The notes under the pieces are model-generated. The model made no database searches, was not told the DNA's origin, and saw only the letters and a list, made by a program, of their open reading frames with translations. A DNA stretch of 27,301 nucleotides from Octopus sinensis. Taxonomy: Eukaryota. A program made the position numbers and the translations under genes. The stretch spans positions 1 to 27,301 of the forward strand of contig NW_021834765.1 in NCBI RefSeq assembly GCF_006345805.1, written 5' to 3'. This document shows positions 1 to 11,710 of the stretch, one piece after another; positions within the stretch are counted from its first letter, which is position 1; every line of letters starts with the position of its first letter.

Positions 1-112
1 TTTACTTAAGTAGTTGTGTATGTATGTATATATGTATGTATGTATGTATGTACGTACGATTCTATATATATATATATATATATAATATATAATATGTATG
101 TATTCTTTATTC

Positions 113-188
113 TTTTACTTGTTTTAGTCATTTGACTGCGGTCATGCTGGAGCACCGCCTTTTAGTCGAGCAAATCGACTCCAGGACT
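113..188 (-). mobile_element. 3' fragment of tRNA-derived SINE family A
   Basis: TTTTACTTGTTTTAGTCATTTGACTGCGGTCATGCTGGAGCACCGCC... is the reverse complement of the 3' end of the copy at 12516-12900. Confidence 0.85.
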
Positions 189-324
189 TCAAATTCCGCT
201 GAGGTCGACTTCGTCTTTCATCCTTTCAGGGTCGATAAAATAAATTCCAGTTGATCGCTGGGGTCTATATAATCGATTTACTCCCTCCTCCAGAATTGCT
301 GGCCTTGTGCCAACTTTTGAAACC
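189..324 (+). mobile_element. 5'-truncated SINE family B, older tail variant
   Basis: TCAAATTCCGCTGAGGTCGACTTCGTCTTTCATCCTTTCAGGGTCGATAAAAT matches the family B body; tail ...GGCCTTGTGCCAACTTTTGAAACC resembles the copies near 13900, 23135 and 26470. Confidence 0.8.
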
Positions 325-394
325 AGCATTAACACCGAACTTATCTCATAAATATTTGTATTTGTAAAACAGTCACAACTTTGCCAATATATTT

Positions 395-771
395 TCTATA
401 TATAAAAGTAAGGTTGTGTGTCTGTCTCCTACGATTTAGATTCCTAACTACTCCCACATTTTGCGGTGCAGTTTAACCAAAAGCGGGTATCTTATAGTCG
501 TGATTCATATCGAGCCCTTCTGGGTATTAGCGCGCGTCTACGATGAGTCTACGATTTAAAAAAAAATTTACCATCATTTTTTTTCCATTTTAATGCATTT
601 TTTCGCTATTATATAAGGGAAGTAACTCTCTAAAAATGTCTACGATGAGTCAACGATTTAAAAAAAAATTTTTACCATCATTTTTTTGCTATTTTTTGGC
701 TATAACTCTCTAAAAATGCTTATATAGTTATTTCCCTTACAAACCCGAGCAACGCCGGGCGATACTGCCAG
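395..771 (+). mobile_element. Non-autonomous Helitron, family H1
   Basis: 5' TCTATATATAAAAG, subterminal GC hairpin CCCGAGCAACGCCGGG, end CCAG|T (CTAG in the sister copy); near-identical to the reverse complement of 15244-15651. Confidence 0.8.
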
Positions 772-1122
772 TTTTCTATAAAAATACATGACAGCGTTTC
801 ACTCTGATTAATTCGTTTTTTTCTCTTCTGCCTGAGGTTCTTTAATCTTCGTCCATTTTCTTTCCCCATGTTCAGAACACAAAGTCTTATCAATCCGAGG
901 AATCAATCAACCATTCTCTTCAGCTTCCATGCGAAGACACAAAGTATATGAAATCCGTTACAATAATTCGTTGGTAGCCACTACAGCCATGTATCATTCC
1001 TTTTTCCTCGTGGAAGTGTCAGGGTGGAACCCTCAACCAAATCAATCAATCAATGCGCGCACGTGTGTGCACAACGTTTAGGTATTTGATGATATATTTG
1101 GTAATTTGATCCTCTTTTCGCT

Positions 1123-1146
1123 TCTTTTCTTCTTATTATTATTATT

Positions 1147-1187
<41 letters not shown>

Positions 1188-1197
1188 TATTATTATT
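1123..1197. repeat. (TTC)/(TTA)/(TCA)n microsatellite
   Basis: Direct inspection. Confidence 0.9.
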
Positions 1198-1433
1198 CTC
1201 AGTAGTATATTTTTTATATCGTGCTTTCACTTCACTACCGAGCGCAGCTCTGTGTGCCTTAGGTATGTGCTGTGATATGTTGTGATGCTCTGATGGTTAT
1301 TGTATGGGAAGTGTTCTGCGTAGGATGTGTGCAGTGCCTAGTAGTGCAATTTTCTGTATGTTATATGTGTTTGTAAGTCCTGGTGTTTTTGTTATGTATT
1401 TGTCTGAATATTTTTTATCATGCCTAATGCACC
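1198..1433 (-). mobile_element. 5'-truncated 3' end of an R4/Dong-like non-LTR retrotransposon (restriction-like endonuclease type), frameshifted
   Basis: Minus strand reads GALGMIK, then after a frameshift KYSDKYITKTPGLTNTYNIQKIALLGTAHILRRTLPIQ* (stop at 1297). This resembles the recalled R4/Dong C-terminus. A ~100-bp 3' UTR follows, and TAA repeats flank both sides. Confidence 0.7.
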
Positions 1434-1525
1434 TTATTATTATTATTATCATTATTACTATTATTATCATTTTATTATTATTATTATTATCCTTCTCCTT
1501 ATCTTTCTTCCTCTTCTTCTTCTTC
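1434..1525. repeat. (TTA)n/(TTC)n microsatellite
   Basis: Direct inspection. Confidence 0.9.
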
Positions 1526-1717
1526 ATTCTGTTACGTCCTCTTTGTCGTCGTCGTTTTTGTCGTTATTTAGTCCCAAGTCAGCACACCAACAGTCCCCCA
1601 ACCATGGACAATCAATCACGCACACACACACAACACATCACACATACACAGACACTCAGTCAAAAACAGTCATCCAGCCCTACACAAACACATGCACACA
1701 TCCATGCACGTACAAAG

Positions 1718-1775
1718 AGGGAGCCTCTTCATAGTTGTTCGACCTGCTAGAAATAGCAGCCAATTCTTCAGACCA
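1718..1775 (-). repeat. Fragment of old dispersed repeat family D
   Basis: CTGCTAGAAATAGCAGCCAATT is the reverse complement of the ATTTGGTTG(C/T)TATTTCTA(A/G)CA motif near 22735 and 22945. Confidence 0.55.
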
Positions 1776-1920
1776 CGATTTATCATAAATGTTTTGATAA
1801 CATACTCCCAGATCGTTATGGACGTGCTCTATCTCTTGCGGCTGCACCAAACACAAGCCTCATTGAATGATATAGCAATAATACCCACTGATTCCTATAC
1901 AATAGTGGTAATCAACATAA

Positions 1921-2083
1921 TTGTGAGTTCAAATTCCGCCGAGGTCGACTTTGCCTTTCATCCTTTCGGGGTCGATAAATTAAGTACCATTTACGCACTG
2001 GGGTCGATTTAATCGACTTAATACCTATGTCTGTCCTTGTTTGTCCTCTCTGTGTTTAGCCCCTTGTGGGTAATAAAGAAATA
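1921..2083 (+). mobile_element. SINE family B, 5'-truncated monomer with 14-bp TSD
   Basis: Body matches the 184-bp unit; GGTAATCAACATAA is duplicated at 1907-1920 and 2084-2097. Confidence 0.9.
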
Positions 2084-2199
2084 GGTAATCAACATAAATT
2101 TGCTGCATCACGATATAAATACACATTTCTCTATGAAACGCACACAGACACAGACTCACTCATATGCATCTGCATGTATATGTATGAGTTCATAATACA

Positions 2200-2201
2200 C
2201 A

Positions 2202-2237
<36 letters not shown>

Positions 2238-2248
2238 CACACACACAC

Positions 2249-2307
<59 letters not shown>

Positions 2308-2470
2308 TAATATATATACACACCATATATGTCTGTATGAATATGCATGAGCCTATAACATATATATAAACCCCCGCGCGTGTATGTATATGTGTGCGTG
2401 CGTGTATGTGTGCGTGTGTATATGTGTGCGTGCGTGTATGTGTGCGTGCGTGTATGTGCTTGTGTGTGTG
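2200..2470. repeat. (CA)n/(TA)n/(TG)n compound microsatellite
   Basis: Direct inspection. Confidence 0.9.
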
Positions 2471-2473
2471 GAG

Positions 2474-2875
2474 TTCAAATTTACAGAAAACAAAAGCCAA
2501 AGACAGGTGAGAGAACAAGAAGCAAGTGTATTAGTTTGACACTCAGGGAAGAAGGGAAGCCTTTTTGACATTTCGAGCCTACGCTCATCAACAGAAAGGG
2601 TTGAGGGAGAAAAAGGGAGGAGAGAAATGGAGAGAGAAAAATGTGCTAGGATTAACGGTAAAATATGATAAAAATATTAATACCTACACAGTTTTTTCCT
2701 CCCCGTGTTTTATCTTTCTTCTTTCTCTCTCCATTATTTTTTTTCTTTCAATCCTCTGTCGAAGAGCGTAGGCTCGAAACGTCAAAGACTTTTCCATTCT
2801 TCCTGAGCGTCAAACTAATACACCTGCTTGTTGTTCCCTCACCTGTCATCGTCTTTTGTTCTCTGTAAATTTGAA
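2474..2875. mobile_element. Inverted pair of Penelope-like pLTR-type fragments with hammerhead-like cores
   Basis: 2474-2640 is a diverged reverse complement of ~2715-2875; each arm has CTG(TC/TT)GA-N-GAGC-GTAG-GCTC-GAAA(C/T)GTC. Confidence 0.55.
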
Positions 2876-3353
2876 GTACGTATTACATACGCTCAGGTAG
2901 TCAACCCTCTTTGATCCTGGCTGAACTTACTCCTCTCTTGGACTCGCCTCACTCCTACTTTCTTCTCGAACTTTCGGTCCTAACCATCACTCCACCCAGA
3001 TTACCACTGGATCTTCGTAGTCTTTCACGCTCTACCACTATGTATCTTAGTGGCTACTTTCGTATATACATGTACATGTATAATATAGGTGACTAGTTCA
3101 CAATTTTACAACCTAAACTGTTGTAGCAGTTGATCTGCGCTTGTTCGGGGTAGGAGTCAGTCTGGGAGACGAGAATAGGGAAGAAACTGTGGACAACGAA
3201 GTCACACAAGTTATGATCTCGTTTGAAGAAGGAAAGGGGTAGGTTAGGGAAGATGTTGGAGGGGGAGGGGTCGGACTAGAGTTGCTGGACTGCTCGGAAA
3301 AGGGTGCGCTGCAAGGGGTGTTTGGTGAGGGAAAACGGGGGAAAGGTAAGGGA

Positions 3354-3405
3354 TGTATATATATATATCTATATAAATATATATATATATATGTATATGT
3401 ATGCA

Positions 3406-3449
<44 letters not shown>

Positions 3450-3582
3450 TAGATAAGATAATAGATAGATAGATAGATAATATATAGATAGATAGATAAT
3501 GAATAGATAGATACCCTAAGAATATATATATCCACATACATTTGTATGCATGTATATATGCAGATACACATGCACCGTATAT

Positions 3583-3625
<43 letters not shown>

Positions 3626-3765
3626 GCAGACAGACAGACATATATATGCATACTATACTTGTGTATGTGTGTGTGTCTGCGCGCGTTTGTGTGTGTATGT
3701 GTGTATGTGTGCATGTGTGTGTGTGCGTGTGTGTATGTATGTTTATGTGTGTGTGTGTGTGTGTA
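3354..3765. repeat. (TA)n/(GATA)n/(TG)n compound microsatellite
   Basis: Direct inspection. Confidence 0.9.
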
Positions 3766-4288
3766 CGTGTATTTGTGCAGTTATATATTGTTTCTGTATA
3801 GATTTCTTCGCCGACGGCATATCCACAGTTAGTTACATACAAGAGTGTCAGAGACGATCGGACATATAAAGACTTGTACTGTTCCATTTTGCAACTGAGC
3901 AAAGTTTATTTTGAAACCATTTAATTCTACTTTGGCTGTTTGTTCTTATTAATACCTCTCTCTCCCACCTTTCAACTCCCCGTATCGTCTTCCTTCTCAG
4001 ACTACGAACCACCCAGGTCGATGTAAGTAGACTCCATTAGCACACGAACGCACAACGCTTCTAATGAGAGAAAGCAGTGTATGTATGTGTTGCTGTATGT
4101 GTTTGGTTTTTACGTACCTACACTAACACCACACACACACACACCACACACATAGAGGCTCACTCACGCACGCACACACACACACACACAAACTAACTCA
4201 CTCACGTACACTGATACGTCGACACTCACACACAGATTATGTAGAACTGTATAGATAAGTAGGTAGTTAAATTAGTATATATATATAT

Positions 4289-4376
<88 letters not shown>

Positions 4377-5017
4377 ACAAACAGACTGACAGATAAGTAG
4401 ATTGACAAATAGGGAGATGGATAGATATTCCTTTTTAATATTTTTAATCGGTAGAAAATAGACTCAAGGGGCCGAGAAGTTTAGTCCGTAACATTTGATG
4501 TGTCATAACTTCTGCTGATTAAAACTCATAAAATATATATATATATATAATTATATATATATATACATATATACGTACATATATACATACATAAAATTAT
4601 CATATGCATATATATATACACACACACACACATATATATGTGTGTGTGTGTGTGTGTACGTGTATTTGTGCAGTTATATATTGTTTCTGTATAGATTTCT
4701 TCGCCGACGGCATATCCACAGTTAGTTACATACAAGAGTGTCAGAGACGATCGGACATATAAAGACTTGTACTGTTCCATTTTGCAACTGAGCAAAGTTT
4801 ATTTTGAAACCATTTAATTCTACTTTGGCTGTTTTGTTCTTATTAATAACCTCTCTCCACCCTTTCAACTCCCCGTATCGTCTTCCTTCTCAGACTACGA
4901 ACCACCCAGGTCGATGTAAGTAGACTCCATTAGCACACGAACGCACAACGCTTCTAATGAGAGAAAGCAGTGTATGTATGTGTTGCGTGTATGTGTTTGG
5001 TTTTTACGTACATACAC

Positions 5018-5052
<35 letters not shown>

Positions 5053-5185
5053 GGCTCACTCACGCACGCACACACACACACACACAAACTAACTCACTCA
5101 CGTACACTGATACGTCGACACTCACACACAGATTATGTAGAACTGTTATAGATAAGTAGGTAGTTAAATTAGTATATATATATAT

Positions 5186-5249
<64 letters not shown>

Positions 5250-5530
5250 AGATAGATAGATAGATAGATAAAACACAGACTGACAGATAAGTAGATTGAC
5301 AAAATAGGGAGATGGATAGATATTCCTTTTTAATATTTTTAATCGGTAGAAAATAGACTCAAGGGGCCGAGAGTTTAGTCCGTAACATTTGATGTGTCAT
5401 AACTTCTGCTGATTAAAACTCATAAAAATATATATATATATATAATTATATATATATATATACATATATACGTACATATATACATACATAAAATTATCAT
5501 ATGCATATATACATACACACACACACACAC

Positions 5531-5560
<30 letters not shown>
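3745..5560 (+). repeat. Tandem direct duplication, period ~893 bp (two copies)
   Basis: TTATATATTGTTTCTGTATAGATTTCTTCGCCGACGG at 3781 and 4674; identity continues to ~4637 and ~5540; boundaries lie in (TG)n tracts. Confidence 0.95.
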
Positions 5561-5573
<13 letters not shown>

Positions 5574-5767
5574 CATATGATAAATTTATGTATGTATATA
5601 TGTGTGTGTTCATGCGTGTGTGTGTGTGCGTTGTTTTTCTATTATTTCTTAATTATTATAAATCTTCGACTGAGAAGGGAACCTGTTTCCCACAGTGATA
5701 CAAGACTCCATCTTTGGGATGTAGTTAACACCGACAAATTTACTCTTGTTATGTATGCGTTCATATA

Positions 5768-5805
<38 letters not shown>

Positions 5806-5831
5806 TATATATATATATGCATACATACATA

Positions 5832-6115
5832 CAATTAATAAGAGGAATGACCACTAAAGTGGATTCCTAGTATGCTAAAGATAGACTTCAAATCACCTTA
5901 CCACGATGAGTTGCAGATATTTGCATTTTGCATTTTGCATTATGCAAGTGCTAACAATGAAATCATGTTACGTAGATAATCGTTTTGTTTTGTATATTTT
6001 CATTTGTGTTGTGTTGCTCATTTTACATTCTGGCGTTTTTGCTGTGATTTTTCTTGAGAACACACTCTTTAGCATATTAGGAATCCACTTTAGTGGTAAT
6101 TCCTCTTATTAATTG
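5832..6115. mobile_element. MITE with ~50-bp TIRs and TA target duplication (Tc1/mariner type)
   Basis: TA|CAATTAATAAGAGGAATGACCACTAAAGTGGATTCCTAGTATGCTAAAGA (5830-5881) vs its reverse complement at 6066-6117, 2 mismatches. Confidence 0.85.
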
Positions 6116-7229
6116 TAATATAATTTTTGAATCGTCGAATTTTTTAAAATATTCCAGACCACTGGTTTAAATTGATGTTAACTGATTGATACCAATTTCT
6201 ATCCTCATTATTTAATTATATATATATATCTATATACTTATAATTCGAGTTGGTCATTTCTGTTTTTGTTCTTGTTTTTTTTTTGTTTTCCTGACAAGAA
6301 AAAAAAACAAAAATGACCATCCCAAAATACAACGATGTCTATTTCAACGCACGATTTCACATCAGGAACTTTGCAAAACAAATTCATAAACGTATGTGTG
6401 TGTGTAATGAAAGCGAAATTCTATATATCGGTCTGGATCACCGTATCTCAGCCTACATTTACTCTACTTAGACATATTTTACCTTTTTGATTGAAAATCT
6501 GCCCTGCATTTGGGTCTTGAATATCCAGCTTTGGGATCTGATTTAAAAGCATTTGGGTGATTATTTGTAGCAGGTAAAGCTTGGCTGATTCATGCCATCT
6601 TGGTGATGTTTGTGGGGTGACGTCAGAGATCTAGGGGGAGATAAATGACATTTGCTACGTTAATTTTATGTCCAGGGAGGAACTTCAGGACAAATTGGCC
6701 TACATTTGAAATTTAACTCGGAACTGGAACAATAGAATGAGTGATTGCATTACAGAATTAATTCTCATCCATCCTTAACTTCTGATTAAACACCAACCGG
6801 GCATATAGTTATTATAGACATATTATAGTCATGCTATTTAGCACTCTTTAGTTTTTGACTGCAAACCCAATTAACCCCCCACGCCCGCAGAATCATGGTG
6901 TGCGGCTTTTAAGCTAGTATATGAATAAAACAGATTGCAGAAGTGAAGTGAGTGAAAAGGTGTTTATTCCATTTGTTTACAGCTGTTTCATTATCTTGTT
7001 AGTTAAGTAAAATACATTATATACATATTCACATATACATAATTATACATATAAATATATATGCGTCAATATACATATAAGTACGGAGTTGATGTTCTGA
7101 ATTACAATGATTTCTTTGGATGATACGTTTGTTAGTTTAATTCTCAGTACTCTTGATATATACAGGTGTACATATGCATATATATTTATTTGTATATTTG
7201 TATACGTGTGAATGTCGATATAACATCTT

Positions 7230-7556
<327 letters not shown>

Positions 7557-8059
7557 TTACGTGTGTATGTGGCATACGTTTCTTCGCTAATTCAATTTTT
7601 TTATAGTTCGGTATCATACGTGGTTCGTGCCCGATGACTATGTGTGAGATATTTCTCAACATATGAACTATTAGGAGCACTTAAAGACATGTATTGTGTC
7701 CTTTAAACAAATAATATTTATCCCTCACCAGACAGAGTATTTTTTCTATCACGGAACAGTACATCATATATATGTGTGTGTTCGTGTATGTATGTACACG
7801 CACACACACATACGTATATGTTTACATATACATACGTTACATGTATATATATATGCATTATGCATATATGTATGTACGTATGTATGTATGTAAGTATGTA
7901 TGCATTTATATTTTATTTATTTTCATGTAAAGTGCCCGTCTGGATAATGATGGATGAGGAAAATCTAATCCCCAGAGTGTTTCCTACACCGTTATAACAT
8001 TGTAACATGGAAAGATATATGTCTGCCCGATCAGAAGCTGACCGGGGAGAGAATAAAAT

Positions 8060-8165
8060 AACAATAACGACTACTACTACTGCCACTACTACTACTACCA
8101 CCACCACCACCACCACCATCACCACCATCACCACCACCACTGCTGCTGCTGCAACTACTACCACC

Positions 8166-8221
<56 letters not shown>

Positions 8222-8238
8222 CACCACCACCACCACTA

Positions 8239-8273
<35 letters not shown>

Positions 8274-8420
8274 ACTGCTACTGCTGCTGCTACTACGACT
8301 ACTACAACAACTACTACTACTACAACAACTACTACTACTACAACAACTACTACTACTGCTACTACTACTACTACTACTACTGCTGCTGCTGCTGTTACTT
8401 CTACTACTACTGCTACTTCT
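8060..8420. repeat. Compound trinucleotide microsatellite (ACT/ACC/GCT/ACA)n
   Basis: Direct inspection; source of the poly-T/V/S ORFs. Confidence 0.95.
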
Positions 8421-8667
8421 ACAGAATACAACCGTCAAGAGACCTGATGCAGTTTCTTATGTCAACAACCTGAAGTCACTTGGCACAGAACTGGGAAACG
8501 GGAACAAAAATCAAAAAAACAAGATTTAAAGGCCAACCAGAGACAAACCGTAAAGCAATATGCGCATATACAATATTTAGAGCATGTACGAGATACCATT
8601 CTACTAATTATTGATGTTGTCGCCATCGTTGTTGTTGTTTTTGTTGTTGTGGTTGTTGTTGTTGATT

Positions 8668-8740
8668 ATTCCCAGGTCAATCATTGCGGAGAAGGCATAT
8701 AATAAAATGCATTCTAGCTACAACCATCCTGTCTTCTCTT
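8668..8740 (+). repeat. Degenerate copy of old dispersed repeat family D
   Basis: CCCAGGTCA...ATGCATTCTAGCTACAACCATCCTGTC resembles ~16610-16680, ~21215-21290 and ~22790-22860. Confidence 0.5.
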
Positions 8741-8826
8741 CTCGTGGACTGCGTATAGGACAACGTTATTCCATGTGTTCAGCCCTTACGAGGTGTTATC
8801 AGAAAGTATATAGAGTTGCATTAAAT

Positions 8827-8960
8827 GCGGCGAGCTAGCAGAAACGTTAGCACGCCGGGCGAAATGCTTAGCCGTATTTCGTCTGCCATTACGTTCTGAG
8901 TTCAAATACCGCCGAGTCGACTTTGCCTTTCATCTTTTCGGGGTCGATAAATTAAGGGCC
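8827..8960 (+). mobile_element. SINE family B, head and body, 3' interrupted
   Basis: GCGGCGAGCTAGCAGAAACGTTAGCACGCCGGGCGAAATGCTTAGC head, B-box-like GAGTTCAAATACC. Confidence 0.85.
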
Positions 8961-8989
8961 GGTTTCCCGGTTTCCTTGGCGTATAGGTT

Positions 8990-9222
8990 CCCCACCTGTA
9001 CAGGACGCCGGTCAGTCGCAGGTGAGCAGCAAGATGCAGGAAGAAAGAATGAGAGAAAGTTATGGCGAAAGAGTCAGCAGAAGTTCGCCATTACCTTCTG
9101 CCGAAGCCGCGTGGAGCTTAGGCGTTTCGCTCATAAACTCACACATCGCCCGGTCTGAGATTCGAAATCCCGTTCCCTCGATCGCGAGTCCGCTGCTCTA
9201 ACCACTAGGCCATGTGCCTCTA
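8990..9222 (-). mobile_element. tRNA-derived SINE family C
   Basis: Minus-strand head GAGGCACATGGCCTAGTGGTTAGAGCAGCGGACTCGCG (A box) with B-box-like GATTTCGAATC; homologous to 24000-24203. Confidence 0.8.
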
Positions 9223-9813
9223 CTTTTCAGTGAAGGTCCTTTAGTTCGAACACAAGTTTTCAGTGCTATCTTCGTCTCAACGCCAACCGTCACTCAGTTC
9301 CAGGTAATGAGAGTTTCAGGCATACAATCATTCGCAATATACCAGAAAATATGTAAAGAGAAATCCCAGCATTGTCTCAGAAGCGCAAGATATAAAACCA
9401 CGACTAAGAGTTTTTGATTACGACACGTGATCAAAGCCTTCATCAGCAGAAACTCCGATAAGCCTTCCCCAATAGAAACTACGTGAATTTATCTATGAGT
9501 GCTATCGTCGAACAAGCCATCAGCTGTCTCAGCTAAGTGGAATCGGATATGTGGAGCTGAGCAGGAGATTCTAACTTTTCAGCGAATTTTGGTGTCATAG
9601 TTCTTAACACTCGATCAGAACCAGCGACGACGTTTTGTCGTCTGCTTCGTTTGAACTTCTCGAAAAGCCATCCATCGATTATAGAGTTTGTTCCTTTACG
9701 TCAAAAGGTAACTTAGCAATTTGATTAGTAGAATTAAACCAAATAAACAGCAAACAGAATTAAATACAGGGATCGATACGATTGACTAATACCCTTTCGT
9801 ACACATGAACAGT

Positions 9814-9859
<46 letters not shown>

Positions 9860-10083
9860 TGCACACACACATGCGCACACACACACATATGGGCACACGA
9901 ACTTAATTCCAAGAAGTAGATAAATACAGTAAGAAGGTTGGTACTCTAGCATGGCCACATATCAATGACTAATTTGTATCACTTATGAATTGTCTGTCAC
10001 GTTCATTTTTAGGTACATGTTTTGTAATACTTACAATCGGGTTTCGACTCTCAGTTAAAGCCATTTAACTTGTGTGCCGTTTT

Positions 10084-10140
<57 letters not shown>

Positions 10141-10141
<1 letters not shown>

Positions 10142-10523
10142 TAGCAGCATCGCCCGGCGTTGCTCATGTTTGTTTCGGACCCTTTAGAATTGGAATTTTG
10201 AAAAGTAAAACTTTTGCATTATGTAACTTGTTATTCTCTTTAAGTGAACATTTTTCTGGTTGAAATACACCGAAAAATGGCGACACAACAGTCAAAAAAT
10301 CGTAAAAAGTAGGGATTTTCATAGAAAAAAAAGCACCTTTTCGATACAAATGATTTTTCGTGTTAACATGGTCCGATTTGAATTTTTTCTCCTACTGAAG
10401 GAAGAACAAGCCTTCTTCTATCATACTTTCAATTTTGGTCAACTTGCGCTGCAGGGTCTTGGAGGAGATACTGTTAGTTGAAGGCTACCAAACCTGCCAT
10501 ACACAGACAACTTCAGCTTTATA
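10141..10523 (-). mobile_element. Non-autonomous Helitron, family H2 (same 3' end as H1, different interior, 5' end disrupted)
   Basis: A|CTAGCAGCATCGCCCGGCGTTGCTC matches 15243-15268; the far end ACACAGACAACTTCAGCTTTATA resembles the H1 5' end ACACACAACTTGACTTTTATA. Confidence 0.7.
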
Positions 10524-10548
10524 ACAGATTTGTGCAGTCTTTATGACT

Positions 10549-10600
<52 letters not shown>

Positions 10601-10627
10601 AGTCATAAAGACTGCACAAATCTGTTA
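10522..10627. repeat. Perfect 106-bp palindrome: 29-bp unique arms around (AT)24
   Basis: TAACAGATTTGTGCAGTCTTTATGACTCA (10522-10550) and TGAGTCATAAAGACTGCACAAATCTGTTA (10599-10627) are exact reverse complements. Confidence 0.95.
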
Positions 10628-10978
10628 GAACCGTCAATGCAGTTTTAGGGTTTCCTTTTCTCCTTTTCGTACGGGTGGCCATTCTTTCTGTGGGGTCCTG
10701 ACATATGTATATTAGATTGTTTCTGTGCGTTGTTGAATTTACATTAACTTGGAATGTCACGGGATAGTGGTGTGGTTGTTAGGATTATGACAAAGCCATA
10801 AAAATATAATTTTAGCCTTCACACACACACACACTTGATTCTTGCATGTACATAAATACATCGAGATGCTGATAGGGAAACGAATTATCACATACATCTA
10901 TACATGCAAATACGAACAGCTGAGCATTGGTTTTTACACATTTTTTATACATTATTTGAATATTCAAACTCTATTTTA

Positions 10979-11457
10979 AGGCGGCGAGCTGGCAGAAACG
11001 TTAGCACGCCGGGCGAAATGCGTAGTCGTATTTCGTCTGCCGTTACGTTCTGAGATCAAATTCCGCCGAGGTCGACTTTGCCTATCATCCTATCGGGGCC
11101 GATAAATTAAGTTCCAGTTACGCACTGGGGTCGATGTAATCGACTTAATCCCTTTGTTTGTCCTTGTTTGTCCTCTCTATGTTTAGCCCCTTGTGGATAA
11201 GAAAGAAATAGGTATTTCGTCTGCCGCTACGTTCTGAGTTCAAATTCCGCCGAGGTCAACTTTGCCTTTCATCCTTTCGGGGTCGATAAAATAAGTACCG
11301 GTTACGCACTGGAGTCGATATAATCGACTTAATCCGTTTGTGTGTCCTTGTTTGTCCTCTCTGTGTTTAGCCCCTTGTGGGTAGTAAAGAAATAGGTATT
11401 CAAGTTCCGCAGAGATCGACTTTGCCTTTCATCCTTTCGGTGTCGATTAAATAAGTA
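10979..11457 (+). mobile_element. SINE family B multimer: head, two 184-bp units and a partial third
   Basis: Unit junctions AAAGAAATA|GGTATT at 11211 and 11395. Confidence 0.9.
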
Positions 11458-11710
11458 TATCCGTGTACTGTTTGCAGCAGTGTATCTATTTATCCTCTTT
11501 ACCATACAGCTTGAAATCATTCATATACAAAAGATTGTTAACTGCCCTACCATGGTACCTGTGTCCGAATTTAGTCTGGTTCGAACAAAACTGATTACAG
11601 GTGTTAACACAAAGAAAAAAAGAATTTTAAAGAAGGAAGTTACTTTAAAATATTCCACTTCTGAGAGACATGTCCTTATATATATAACCCCCTCGCTTGC
11701 CTATATTAGT

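Noticed and set aside
4442-4524. Short imperfect terminal inverted repeat (TTTTAATCGGTAGAA/TTCTGCTGATTAAAA) as a pre-miRNA or MITE
   Set aside because: Only ~15 bp pair, the interior is unpaired and there is no TSD
7913-8447. Poly-Thr, poly-Val and poly-Ser ORFs (mucin-like)
   Set aside because: All frames derive from a compound trinucleotide microsatellite; there is no complex coding sequence or splice evidence
8430-8490. CTGATGCA...GAAAC as a hammerhead
   Set aside because: The core is not CTGANGA on either strand and no stem II forms
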